A DNA stretch of 64,000 bases from an uncultured delta proteobacterium (lineage in GTDB: Bacteria; Desulfobacterota; Desulfobacteria; Desulfobacterales; B30-G6). Of this stretch, positions 31,386 through 41,308 are shown piece after piece. A program made the position numbers and the translations under genes. Location: NCBI GenBank assembly GCA_963823335.1, contig CAWGLD010000001.1:608001-672000 (forward strand), given 5' to 3'. How positions within the stretch are numbered: the first letter of the stretch is position 1; each line of letters starts with the position of its first letter. The notes under the pieces are model-generated. The model ran no database searches and was not told where the DNA came from. It saw nothing but the letters and a program-made list of their open reading frames with translations.

Positions 31386-31802
31386 TCATCCTCTGGGCGG
31401 ACTAACCATGGCCTCCCCTTGCAGCACAATGACGGCATCCTGATTCATACAGACTGTTTTCAGACGCACCTTTTTCTTGTCTATTTTTTCGACCACTTCC
31501 ACGCGCGCAGTGATGGTATCCCCCATGTAAACCGGTGCTAAAAAAGAGAGGGTCTGCTGCATGTAGATCGATCCGGGGCCCGGAAGTTGTGTCCCTATCA
31601 CGGCCGATATCAACCCTGCCGAAAGCATGCCATGTGCAATACGCGTCTTAAAAAAAGTACTCCGGGCATAAGCTTCATTGACATGGGCTGGATTGAAATC
31701 CCCTGAAATTCCCGCATACAGATAGATGTCCGCCTCTGAAAACGTCTTGGAGAATTCAGCACTATCCCCCAGGCAGAGCTGATCATATGTTTTTCCGATC
31801 AT
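31386..31802 (-). CDS. MaoC-family (R)-specific enoyl-CoA hydratase
   Basis: SGDFNPAH, RIAHGML, LPGPGSIY, FLAPVYMGD. Confidence 0.9.
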   Translation of the reverse strand: MIGKTYDQLCLGDSAEFSKTFSEADIYLYAGISGDFNPAHVNEAYARSTFFKTRIAHGMLSAGLISAVIGTQLPGPGSIYMQQTLSFLAPVYMGDTITARVEVVEKIDKKKVRLKTVCMNQDAVIVLQGEAMVSPPRG

Positions 31803-31921
31803 CGGTGACTCCTTTGACTTCATTTCTTTATTCTGAACCACCTGTTTTCAAGTCAGGTTACTTTTCGTGATCGTGTCTGTCAACAAGGTATATTTTAGTC
31901 GCACTCCTACAAATTTCTACC

Positions 31922-32006
31922 TTGACATATCGAGCATATGAACCCTATTGTTAGTGAATAATTAAATCGATAGCCCCTGGGTGAAAATTTTCATGACAGG
32001 GGATAT
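31922..32006 (+). promoter_or_regulatory. Putative sigma70 promoter and palindromic operator upstream of tetR
   Basis: TTGACA (31922)-18 nt-TATTGT; perfect palindrome TGAAAATTTTCA (31982-31993) flanked by CCCCTG / CAGGGG. Confidence 0.45.
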
Positions 32007-32090
32007 GAAACGATGTGCCAATTTGCGCGTCGTGCCGATTGAAACATAAGAACGAATACTTGTAGCAAGAAGACTATACAGGGAGTCTCT

Positions 32091-32666
32091 ATGAAAAAAT
32101 ATGACATCATTGACACGGCAACACGGCTTTTTGCCACCCAGGGTTTTGATGGGACAACGACGCTGCAGATCGCAAGGGAAGCCAAGGTCACCGAACCCTT
32201 GATTTATTACCATTTTGAGGGAAAAGACGATCTTTTTACCCATATCATTCGCAATGGCTTCGAGGCCTACTTTACCCGACTGGAATCGCTGAACCAGAAA
32301 ACATCGACACAATTTGAAAAAATTGAAAATATTTTTACCCTGCACTTTGATTTTATCAATGAACGACCGGATGAGATATATCTGGTTGTCAGTGCTTGTC
32401 CGGCCAAACTCAAAGACGCCAAACATATCTGCACACAAAAACTCGATAAGCAGCGCAAGTGGCTCGCGGCATATCTGAGAAAATGTATCAAGGAAGGTAT
32501 TGCGAGCGGTGAATTCAAAGAGATGCCGGTTTCCGAAACCGTAACGCTGCTACTTGCCGTCATCAGCGGCATCATCCGTCAGCGTACGCTGAAACTTGAG
32601 TCCCGCAGGGGAATGAAAAAGGCGGTCGTTGAATTCTGCCGCAGAAGCATGGTGCAGCAGGACTAA
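32091..32666 (+). CDS. TetR/AcrR family transcriptional regulator
   Basis: LFATQGFDGTTTLQIAREAKVTEPLIYYHFEGKDDL HTH. Confidence 0.92.
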   Translation: MKKYDIIDTATRLFATQGFDGTTTLQIAREAKVTEPLIYYHFEGKDDLFTHIIRNGFEAYFTRLESLNQKTSTQFEKIENIFTLHFDFINERPDEIYLVVSACPAKLKDAKHICTQKLDKQRKWLAAYLRKCIKEGIASGEFKEMPVSETVTLLLAVISGIIRQRTLKLESRRGMKKAVVEFCRRSMVQQD

Positions 32667-32673
32667 CCCGGGC

Positions 32674-33180
32674 ATGACACTTGAACCCCAATTGGTTCCC
32701 GTCCTCAGGGAGGGAATCGATGTCATCAAGATGGTTCTGTTCCGGGAACTGAAATCATTGCTGCTTTCCAGGGGCAGGGAACCGGTCTATGTAAACAAGC
32801 TCACGGGCGCTGTGGTGAATGAACTTTTCGGTATCATGCCTCCGGGAGCGGTCATTGAAAGTTTCAGCCGGACAAACCAGGATGCCGTCCAAAAGACACT
32901 GGGAATGATCTCCACAAAACTCGACCACCTCAAGATACCCTTGACAGATGCCCTGCGTATTCAATTTCTTTGTGACAGCCATGAGGGCTTGAACAGCACT
33001 GCTGTTTTGGAAAAAGCCCAAAAGCGTGACATTCTGATTGTAGAAAGGGACGTGCCCCTGCCGGGTGCATTCATGAATATCGTTCGCAGTTTCGGCAGGT
33101 CCTATGGGATCCTTGACCCACAACCATTGACCACACCGGGAACGACACAGACAAACCAGCATGGAGGAATTGTCAAATGA
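32674..33180 (+). CDS. Hypothetical protein in the mttB-mtbB operon
   Basis: Starts 7 nt after tetR; its stop overlaps the mttB start (ATGA). Confidence 0.7.
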   Translation: MTLEPQLVPVLREGIDVIKMVLFRELKSLLLSRGREPVYVNKLTGAVVNELFGIMPPGAVIESFSRTNQDAVQKTLGMISTKLDHLKIPLTDALRIQFLCDSHEGLNSTAVLEKAQKRDILIVERDVPLPGAFMNIVRSFGRSYGILDPQPLTTPGTTQTNQHGGIVK

Positions 33181-34673
33181 ATGAAAAAATTCAGCCACAA
33201 AGGTTGAAACCCCCTGCAGCGACGGGACTCCACATGGATATCCTGTCCGAAAAAGAGCTGAATGACCTCCACGACAGCACCCTTAAAGTCCTGGAAAAAA
33301 CGGGTCTCTTTATCGACAATGATGCGGCTTTGGATTGCTTTGAGAGGGCCGGTGCAAGCATAGATCGCAAAAGCGGCATCGTCAAGATACCGCCGCGGCT
33401 GGTGGAAGAAGCCGTTCAATCCGCCCCTTCAAAGGTCATGCTCGCCGGTCGTGATCCAAAACACGACCTGGTGCTCGGAGAAAATCGTGTTCACTTCACC
33501 AATTTCAGCGAAGGCGTCAAAATCAACGACCCATACACCGGTGAAAACAGGCCACCGGTCAAGAAGGATCTTGCGGATGTCGCACGGGTCATCGATTCTC
33601 TGGATGAAATTGACTTCTGTGAGAAAGCCATCGGCGCCCATGACGTACCCCAGGAGACCGTTCCCCTGCACAATGCCGAAGCTTTCCTCACCAACACCAC
33701 CAAACACTGTGCTTTTGGGCCCGGCAACGGAAATCTGCTCAACAAAATCATCGAAATGGCCGCCATCATCGTCGGCGGCGTCAAACAACTGGCAGAACGA
33801 CCCATCGTGTCATTCACTACCTGTCCGGTGAGTCCTTTGAAGCTGATCAAGGAATGCTGCGAGATCATCATGGTGTCAGCCAAAAACAATGTCGTATGCA
33901 ATATATTGTCCATGGCCATGGCCGGCGCCACATCCCCCGCAACCCTTGCCGGCACCCTGGTGACCCACAACGCGGAAATCCTGGGTGGTATCACGCTTTC
34001 GCAGTTGACCCGCAAGGGGGCTCCCGTGATTTACGGAAGTTCCACCACCGCCATGGATTTGAAGCTGGCCGAAGCATCGGTGGGCACACCCGAGTGCGCC
34101 CTCATCAGCGGCGCCGTAGTTCGGTTGGCGCGCTATTATGCGTTACCCAGCTACGTTGCCGGTGGGTAGGGCGACGGCAAGATATCAGACAGCCAGATGG
34201 GCCACGAAAAAACTCTCACCGGACTGATACCCGCATTGGCAGGTGCCGATATGATTTACGGTCCGGGGATGCTTGAAAGTGGCATCACCTTCGATCTTGC
34301 CCAACTGGTTCTCGACTGTGAATTTGCTCGTATGATAAAACATACCGTCAACGGTATTCCCGTTACCGAAGAGACCATTGCCCTGGGTGTTATCCAGGAA
34401 ATCGGGCCATTTGGCGATTTCCTGGCGCACAGGCACACATTTCAACACATGCGGGAACAATCGAGAGCCGAGATCATCGATCGCAGAATGCGAAGCGCCT
34501 GGGAGATGGACGGCGCCACCGACAGCTATACAAGGGCATGTCACAAGGTCCGCCAGATCCTGGAAAACCATTTTCCGGAGCCACTTCCCCCCGGCGTGCT
34601 GGCCAAGATCCGGCGTATCGTGCAAAAAACGGAGACCGAAATGGGTATTGCAAGCCCTGCTGAATCTTCATAG
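33177..34673 (+). CDS. mttB: Pyrrolysine-containing trimethylamine:corrinoid methyltransferase (TAG at 34167-34169, codon 331)
   Basis: ORFs 33177-34169 and 34197-34673 are in one frame. Context LPSYVAGG-TAG-GDGKISDSQMGHEKT matches the Pyl site of methanogen MttB; 498 aa in total. Confidence 0.93.
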
Positions 34674-34705
34674 TTTAATATGCAAACGAGGGTTCGAGGA
34701 GAAAT

Positions 34706-36127
34706 ATGAATAACCGAATTCTAACCAGAATGGGTGACGGCGAACGAAAATGGCACTCAGAATCCGATGTCCGAGCAGATATCGACCAAGGTACAGCCGA
34801 TGCTGCCAAAAGGGCCGCTATCCCCGCATTGACAGACGAAGAGAAAAGCCAGCTTTTCGATATCATGGCAGATCCCTCCAGAATTGTCAGTGTTCATCCC
34901 GGAGAAGAAGTCATTGTCACCGATGATGGTTGCAGCATGAGTTTCTACTCGGGTCAGGACGGCGGTGGTGTGGGTATTCCCATGAGCCGTATGCAGGCCG
35001 TACTCACCTATGAGCGCGCATGCTGCGGTGACACGACATCCATCGGTCACAGTGATTATTCTTTCAAGCCGGTCAAACCCATCATCAATTTTGAAAAAAA
35101 TGATTATTACAACATTTCCATGGTGTCCACGGCACCCCTTTTCTACGGGGCACAACCCAACATGGGTCTTTACTTTCAACCGGACGGACCCTGCCCCAAC
35201 CCTTCGGAACTTCTCCCCATCGGTAAAATTGCCGAAGCACTTCAGGCACAGGAAGAGGCCGCCGAACATCTGACCAGGGATCTGGTCTATGTCGGCAAGA
35301 AAATGGCCGAAGTGGGGTGTGAAGGACTCAATTTCGACACCTCCGGGTCAGCGGGAGATGCAGATTTCCTGGCAGCCCTCAGGGCCGTGGAAGCATTGAA
35401 GCAGGCAGTTCCGGATATGCCGATACTCATGGGGGCTTCCGGAGAATTCGTTATCGGTATGCACGGTGATGTTGCCTATAAGAATCAGCGTCTGGCGGGT
35501 CTCTACCCTCACGAGCAGGCCAAGGTGGTTTCGGACGCAGGTGCCGATGTTTTTGGTCTTGCCATCGGCACCAATACGACCCGGTCCGTGGCCTGGAATC
35601 TTTCCAGAACAGTGACCTTTCTAAAGGAAACCACCGCCACATCCCCTATTCCGGTGCATGCCAACGTGGGCATGGGTGTCTGCGGTATCCCCATGATGGA
35701 ACAGACACCCATCGACAGTGTGACACGCGTTTCCAAGGCCCTGGTTCAGATTGGTAAAGCAGACGGATTGTAGATTGGCGTAGGTGATCCCTTTGGGATG
35801 CATATGGCCCATATTCTGGCTTCATGCATGGGTGGCATTCGGACTTCCGGAGATCTGGTCGCCTGGATGCAAATAACCCGCAGAATGAAAATTAATGAAG
35901 CCAAAAAATATGTGGCCAAAAAATTGAATGTCAATATTCTGGATCTGACCGACGAAGAGGTGATGCGCCCGATCCGTGAAGAACTGGGTATCGGCGTGGT
36001 TACCTCCGTTGCCGGCAGCCCCAAAGGCATCCGGGCAAAATGGAAAATCGCCGAGCTTCTGGACATTTCCATACGCTCGGTCGACCTGTTCAAATCACAA
36101 CTGTCGCCTGAACATATTATGAGATAG
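34706..36127 (+). CDS. mtbB: Pyrrolysine-containing dimethylamine:corrinoid methyltransferase (TAG at 35771-35773, codon 356)
   Basis: [29 protein letters not shown], then [17 protein letters not shown]...[14 protein letters not shown] matching the MtbB Pyl site; 473 aa in total. Confidence 0.93.
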
Positions 36128-36132
36128 CCGGG

Positions 36133-36735
36133 TTAAGACAAGATACGCGTTTTGCTGCCCATGACCCTTCCTTGACATGCAAAATACTGCAGCGCCATCC
36201 ACAGCTTGACGTCACACATGGCGGTGCCGTCTGCAATGATTCGGGATGCCTCGGCAGAGGACAAGAGACAGACCTGGATGGTTTCGGTCCCTTGGTTTTT
36301 TTCGGTGGAAGGAACACCGTCACAGTCGCAATGGACCAGAGCAACCGATTCATCGGTCAGACCGGCGGTGTTGTACAGGGGTGGACTGATGCCCGTGATG
36401 CATTTCAGCGACAAGCCGGTTTCTTCCATGAGTTCCCGCCGGGCAGCCTCCTCAATGCTTTCACCGTCGTCGATCAGGCCTGCCGGAAATTCATATTGAA
36501 AACCTGCCAGCGATACCCGGTATTCCTTAAGCACAACCAATTTTTGTTCGGTGGTGTGAAACGGGATCATCAACACCGCATCAGGGATATTGAATTGACC
36601 CGAAACACACTTGGGCCGGCGGTTTCTCGATACGATCTGCCAGTTTCTCTTTCCGCCGACTTTATCGGTATAAGATATATCGAACAGGTTGATCCATTTG
36701 GCTTCGGTCAGTTTCTTAAATCCAGTTATTTTCAT
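36133..36735 (-). CDS. NUDIX hydrolase (ADP-ribose pyrophosphatase-like)
   Basis: EFPAGLIDDGESIEEAARRELMEETG Nudix box. Confidence 0.9.
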   Translation of the reverse strand: MKITGFKKLTEAKWINLFDISYTDKVGGKRNWQIVSRNRRPKCVSGQFNIPDAVLMIPFHTTEQKLVVLKEYRVSLAGFQYEFPAGLIDDGESIEEAARRELMEETGLSLKCITGISPPLYNTAGLTDESVALVHCDCDGVPSTEKNQGTETIQVCLLSSAEASRIIADGTAMCDVKLWMALQYFACQGRVMGSKTRILS

Positions 36736-36857
36736 GTTATACCTTCTTGGATGTCTAACAGTTGGGATCCCTTTTCGTGTTTTTAAAATTTCGTGTTTTC
36801 GTGATAAGTTTTTTTCCCCGCTTTTTAGATTAACAGCTTATGAAATTCTCATCAACA

Positions 36858-36999
36858 TTGAAGAACCTCGCAGCAAGCTACGAGGAATCTTCGACCGTAA
36901 GGAATTCTGTCTAATCTAGATTCGCTCGCTAACCCCGCAGCATGCGAAGCACTGCCGAACGGCAGAACCTACGGGGAATGCGCTCGCTTTTTCGGTTCA
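36858..36999 (+). repeat. Repeat family B, longest copy
   Basis: TTGAAGAACCTCGCAGCAAGCTACGAGGAAT...CCCCGCAGC...CTACGGGGAAT...CGGTTCA with two hairpins. Confidence 0.75.
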
Positions 37000-37062
37000 T
37001 ATAATATCCAGGTATTGCGACATGCCTAGCATTTCACCGGATAACCATCATAAACCTTTTTA

Positions 37063-37161
37063 TACCGCTTGTCATAATAATGTTCCGAAAATAGGATGGC
37101 GGCATAAGGGGTTGTAGCAGAAAAACGGTCCTCAATCGGAACCTTTTTCTGACAACCCCTA
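37063..37161 (+). mobile_element. 99-bp MITE (family C), copy 2
   Basis: About 3 differences from 16480-16578; flanked by TA...TA. Confidence 0.85.
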
Positions 37162-37222
37162 TAAATTTCGGCCGATCCGCTTGCCCCTTGTCCTAGTTGC
37201 TCAGATAGCGTAAAATACCCCC

Positions 37223-37648
37223 ATGATTCAGGTCACATCGAACATTCAAATCCATGAAAGTGATATGACCTTCGATTTCATTCGGGCATCCGGACCGGGA
37301 GGCCAGAATGTGAACAAGGTTTCCACGGCGGTCCAGCTTCGCTTCGCGGCCCTTCAATCCGGCAGTCTTCCCCCCGAGGTTTACTTTCGTCTGAAAAAGC
37401 TGGCGGGAAAACGGATCTCGGCGGAAGGCGTCCTGATTATCCAGGCCAAACGTTTTAGAAGTCAGGAGAAAAACCGTCAGGATGCCATCGAGCGCCTCGT
37501 CAGACTGATCCGGAAAGCAACTGAAAAACCAAAACCGCGCAGGAAAACACGACCTACAAGAGCCTCGAAAGAACGTAAACTGGCTGCCAAACAGCTTAGA
37601 AGCCGTTTGAAAAAAACCCGTCAACGTGTGTCGAGAGCAGACGACTGA
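37223..37648 (+). CDS. arfB: Alternative ribosome rescue peptidyl-tRNA hydrolase ArfB (YaeJ)
   Basis: IRASGPGGQNVNKVSTAVQL...RSQEKNR; basic C-terminal tail. Confidence 0.93.
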   Translation: MIQVTSNIQIHESDMTFDFIRASGPGGQNVNKVSTAVQLRFAALQSGSLPPEVYFRLKKLAGKRISAEGVLIIQAKRFRSQEKNRQDAIERLVRLIRKATEKPKPRRKTRPTRASKERKLAAKQLRSRLKKTRQRVSRADD

Positions 37649-37720
37649 GCCGATTATTTCATGAAAATTCCATGTTGATAAAGAACCCATGATTGCACCA
37701 AGCACGGGTTGAACAGGAGG

Positions 37721-38875
37721 ATGTGTTTGAGTGGACTGATTCTATTTGTTGCGGTGTATCTGAGCATTTATGGCGGCGTACATGTTTATGGTTTTATCAG
37801 AGTAAAACAAGGCTTGGTCTTTGGCTTCTGGCCGGGACTGGTGATGGCGATCTTCATGGTTGTGATGGTGGCGGCGCCCATCATGGTCCGGATTGCCGAA
37901 AAGTTCGGGCACAACTCTATCGCTCACATCCTGGCCATCATCGGATTCATCTGGATGGGCTTTTTGTTTGTATTTGTATCGGCCTTGTTTTTCTTCGACG
38001 TTTACAGGTTTTTCCTGGCCATAGGCCGTTTCGTCTTCCAAACCTATTTGTTATCCATCACACCCACAGCAGGCTTTTCCTGTGTGGTGTCCATGCTTAT
38101 CGCGTGCAGTGTCATGGGTTATGGCTTTTTTGAGGCGCTCAATATCCGCCTGGAGCATGTCACCATCACTACGGACAAACTGCCCAAAAATTTGGACAGC
38201 CTGAGAATCGCCCAGATATCAGATGTCCATCTCGGTGTTCTGGTGGGTGAAATGCGACTGAAAAGAATTCTCGACAAGGTCAAGACGGCAAAGCCCCATA
38301 TGCTGGTGTCCACCGGCGATCTCGTGGATGGGCAGATGGACGACCCGGAGCGGCTGGCAGGCATGTTGCGGGAAATCGTAACACCGCACGGCAAATATGC
38401 CGTCACCGGAAATCACGAGTATTATGCCGGTCTTCCCCGCTCACTCGATTTTACGAAAAAAGCCGGTTTTGTGTTGCTGCAGGGTGAGACCCGAACACTA
38501 CCGAATTCGATCCACATCGCCGGTGTCGAGGACCCTGCCGGAAGATCTCCGGGGACCGCGGACAACGATTCAGAATCTCGTCTGCTGTCCACGCTCTCCA
38601 AGGACCTGTTTACCCTCCTGCTGAAACACCAGCCGGTTGTCGACAAGAACGGCGCCAGGCATTTCGATCTGCAGCTTTCCGGGCATACCCACAAAGGACA
38701 GATTTTCCCCTTCAGTCTGTTGACGAGACTGTTCTATAAAACACATCCGGGTCTGACCCGACTCCAGGATGGTTCTTTTGCTTACGTGAGCCGCGGATCC
38801 GGCACATGGGGACCACCGGTCAGATTTCTGTCACCACCGGAAGTGACACTCATCGAAATCGTGAGAAACCCGTAG
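37721..38875 (+). CDS. Membrane-anchored metallophosphoesterase (YkuE-like)
   Basis: SDVHLG, TGDLVD, GNHE, HQP, SGHTHKGQ, SRGSGTWGPP. Confidence 0.9.
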   Translation: MCLSGLILFVAVYLSIYGGVHVYGFIRVKQGLVFGFWPGLVMAIFMVVMVAAPIMVRIAEKFGHNSIAHILAIIGFIWMGFLFVFVSALFFFDVYRFFLAIGRFVFQTYLLSITPTAGFSCVVSMLIACSVMGYGFFEALNIRLEHVTITTDKLPKNLDSLRIAQISDVHLGVLVGEMRLKRILDKVKTAKPHMLVSTGDLVDGQMDDPERLAGMLREIVTPHGKYAVTGNHEYYAGLPRSLDFTKKAGFVLLQGETRTLPNSIHIAGVEDPAGRSPGTADNDSESRLLSTLSKDLFTLLLKHQPVVDKNGARHFDLQLSGHTHKGQIFPFSLLTRLFYKTHPGLTRLQDGSFAYVSRGSGTWGPPVRFLSPPEVTLIEIVRNP

Positions 38876-38902
38876 CCTGGCTTTTTATACAGCGTTGACT
38901 CC

Positions 38903-39571
38903 CTACCTGATAGCAAGGGACAGCAGTGTCTTGCTTAGATCCGCGATTGTTTCAAAGACAACATCCGGACTGGCTGCGGCGATTTCATCCCGTGAACCAT
39001 AACCGTAAGCCACAGCCGCCGTCATGACCTTGTTTGCTTTGCCGCCCTCGATATCGTATACCCGGTCCCCCACCATTACCGTTGCCGCGGGATCGAGCCC
39101 CTCCTGATGGATGATGTGTGCAATCAACGCTCCTTTGTCCGACAGGTGACCATCCAGTTCGCTTCCATAAACAGTTTGGAAAAACGGGGTCATCTCGAAG
39201 TGATCGAGTATCTGTTGTGCAAACACCCTGGGTTTTGAGGTCGCAAGGAACAGGTTAAACTCAGACTTCTGAAGCTCGTCAAGAGACGAGACAACCCCGG
39301 GGTAAAGAATGTTTTCGAACATGCCCTTTTCAGAGAATCGCTTTCGATAATGAACCAGGGCCTGGTCGAGAATGGTTGCGTCCGTGGTATTCAACAGCTC
39401 TGAGAAAGAGGCTCTCAGGGGTGGACCGACACACCATTTGAGCTGGTCTGACAACGGCATGGCCGCGCCGAGGCGCTCAAGCGCATACTGGATGCAGCGT
39501 GTAATCCCCTCCCCGGGATCCGTCAGCGTACCATCCAGATCAAACAAGATGTTCGAAATATTAGACACCAT
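38903..39571 (-). CDS. HAD-superfamily hydrolase (phosphoglycolate phosphatase / 5'-nucleotidase-like)
   Basis: LFDLDGTLTD, ATSKP, MVGDRVYD. Confidence 0.9.
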   Translation of the reverse strand: MVSNISNILFDLDGTLTDPGEGITRCIQYALERLGAAMPLSDQLKWCVGPPLRASFSELLNTTDATILDQALVHYRKRFSEKGMFENILYPGVVSSLDELQKSEFNLFLATSKPRVFAQQILDHFEMTPFFQTVYGSELDGHLSDKGALIAHIIHQEGLDPAATVMVGDRVYDIEGGKANKVMTAAVAYGYGSRDEIAAASPDVVFETIADLSKTLLSLAIR

Positions 39572-39857
39572 CAAACCAGGGTTTTCCCTCCAGAAACCGA
39601 AACGTGACGTGATCTTCTTTATGCCATGCCTGATAACTTTCACTGTCAACAATACTGGTTAAATACTGAAACACTTTCTCCGGGGTGGTATTTATTTCAA
39701 TGGTATCTGTGAGAACCAGTTCTTCAAACAATGCCATTTGTTAACCTCCCTATCCCGCAAATTTCAAAATCCTTCCCTATCACCCATTTCAAACACGTCC
39801 TTGAGCCGTAGTATCATCCCTCAGTATGAAGGGCCAGAATGTGGGGCTTGCAGCGTA

Positions 39858-40217
39858 TTAAGTATCCTGTGGGCGACCTCTGTACATTTGAACCGCTGCC
39901 TTCTCAAGGGTTACCAGACCCTCCTTGACCACGGTTTCGATGGAGCCAAGAAACAACTGTATTTTTTCAGGTGTATCCACTATCTCCACAACAATAGGCA
40001 AGTCAAGCGAAAGCCTGAGTATTTTTGAGGTATGAATGCGGCTGTTGGCACCAAAGCCCATCAAACCACGCAAAACGGTAGCACCCGCTAAACCTTGTTC
40101 TTTTGCTTGAATTACAAGCCATTCATACAGTGGTTTCCCTTGGTGTTTATCACTCTCCCCAATAAATATTCGCAGGAGTTGGCCATTGGGTGGAAGGTTC
40201 ATCTGTTTTATCTCCAT
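39858..40217 (-). CDS. DUF190 (PII-like) protein
   Basis: LRIFIGESD...GLAGATVLRG..GFG...LRLSLDLPIVVEIVD; commonly paired with crcB. Confidence 0.9.
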   Translation of the reverse strand: MEIKQMNLPPNGQLLRIFIGESDKHQGKPLYEWLVIQAKEQGLAGATVLRGLMGFGANSRIHTSKILRLSLDLPIVVEIVDTPEKIQLFLGSIETVVKEGLVTLEKAAVQMYRGRPQDT

Positions 40218-40591
40218 ATGGATATGGTTGCGAATCTACCCAGCAAGACCGCTGCTAATCCTAAAACGACATGCGTTCCCATGTTTATCAACGCCAGAGA
40301 CAACCCGTGTTCCTGCAACAGATTCAAGGTCTCGTGGCTGAAGGTGGAATAGGTCGTAAAAGAACCCAGGAACCCCACCATCAGAAACAGACGCAATTCT
40401 GCTGTCATACCTGCCTGCGTTTCAACAAGGTGAGAAAATATGCCCATCAGAAAACAGCCTGCAATATTAACAGCAAGGGTGCCATGGGGAAATGTAACAC
40501 TTTGGGTTAAATTCTGAACCAAACCACTCATCAGATATCTTAAAACAGCACCGATAAAACCACCAACACCAACCAAAACGAGTGGGTGCAT
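40208..40591 (-). CDS. crcB: Fluoride efflux channel CrcB/FluC
   Basis: GGFIGAVLRY, FPHGTLAVN, GFLGSFTTYSTF. Confidence 0.93.
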   Translation of the reverse strand: MHPLVLVGVGGFIGAVLRYLMSGLVQNLTQSVTFPHGTLAVNIAGCFLMGIFSHLVETQAGMTAELRLFLMVGFLGSFTTYSTFSHETLNLLQEHGLSLALINMGTHVVLGLAAVLLGRFATISIWR

Positions 40592-40656
40592 ATGTCAATC
40601 CTCTTTACTAATTAAACAATAATCAGATAATTTATTAATCATATCAAATTGTTCTT

Positions 40657-40686
40657 ATCATACGCAAAACAACGAAATAATGTCAA
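40657..40686 (-). promoter_or_regulatory. Putative sigma70 promoter of crcB
   Basis: TTGACA-18 nt-TATGAT on the minus strand. Confidence 0.45.
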
Positions 40687-40834
40687 GGACACTTGGGGAG
40701 GTACTTAGGGACGGGTATTCATTACTATTGTTAAGCAGTCTTCACAAGCTTTTGCTTTTCAAGTTTGTAATAATATGTTTCATATTATATACGTCGTTAT
40801 GATACCCAACCGGCAACAAAACAGGGGAAACCTT

Positions 40835-41308
40835 ATGGCTATCGAAAATAAATTCCTGGCCCATTGCGGACTTTACTGCGGCGTTTGCGGTGTTTACTAT
40901 GCCACACGGGACCATAACGACAACTTTCTGGAACGGCTCCTATCCATGTATCAAGAAAAAATTCCGGATCTCGAAGGCGTTTCCATCGAAGATCTCAAAT
41001 GCGAAGGCTGTCTTTCCGACAGGGTCAGTCTGTTCTGCAGGTCTTGTTCCATCAAGGCCTGTACCCAGGAAAGGGGATACAGTGGTTGCCATGAATGTGA
41101 TGACTTTCCCTGTGACCACATCGAAAATTTTCCCATGCCCGTGGGAAAAAAAGTTATTTTACGCGCAGTACCCTATCGACGTGAACAGGGTACCGAAAAA
41201 TGGGTTCACGACGAAGAATCGCGTTATGGCTGTCCGGAATGCGGGCATAGCATTTTCAGAGGTGCGAAACGGTGTAATAAGTGCAAGGTTGCCGTCGATC
41301 TGGACTAG
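40835..41308 (+). CDS. DUF3795 Cys-rich protein
   Basis: CGLYCGVC, CEGC, CSIKAC, CHECDDFPC, CPECG, CNKC. Confidence 0.85.
   Translation: MAIENKFLAHCGLYCGVCGVYYATRDHNDNFLERLLSMYQEKIPDLEGVSIEDLKCEGCLSDRVSLFCRSCSIKACTQERGYSGCHECDDFPCDHIENFPMPVGKKVILRAVPYRREQGTEKWVHDEESRYGCPECGHSIFRGAKRCNKCKVAVDLD

Noticed and set aside
33177-36127. mttB and mtbB as nonsense pseudogenes or four separate ORFs
   Set aside because: Each has exactly one internal stop, both TAG, both at the known Pyl position.
40592-40700. Fluoride riboswitch upstream of crcB
   Set aside because: The leader is AT-rich and I could not find the GATGG...TGATG core by eye.
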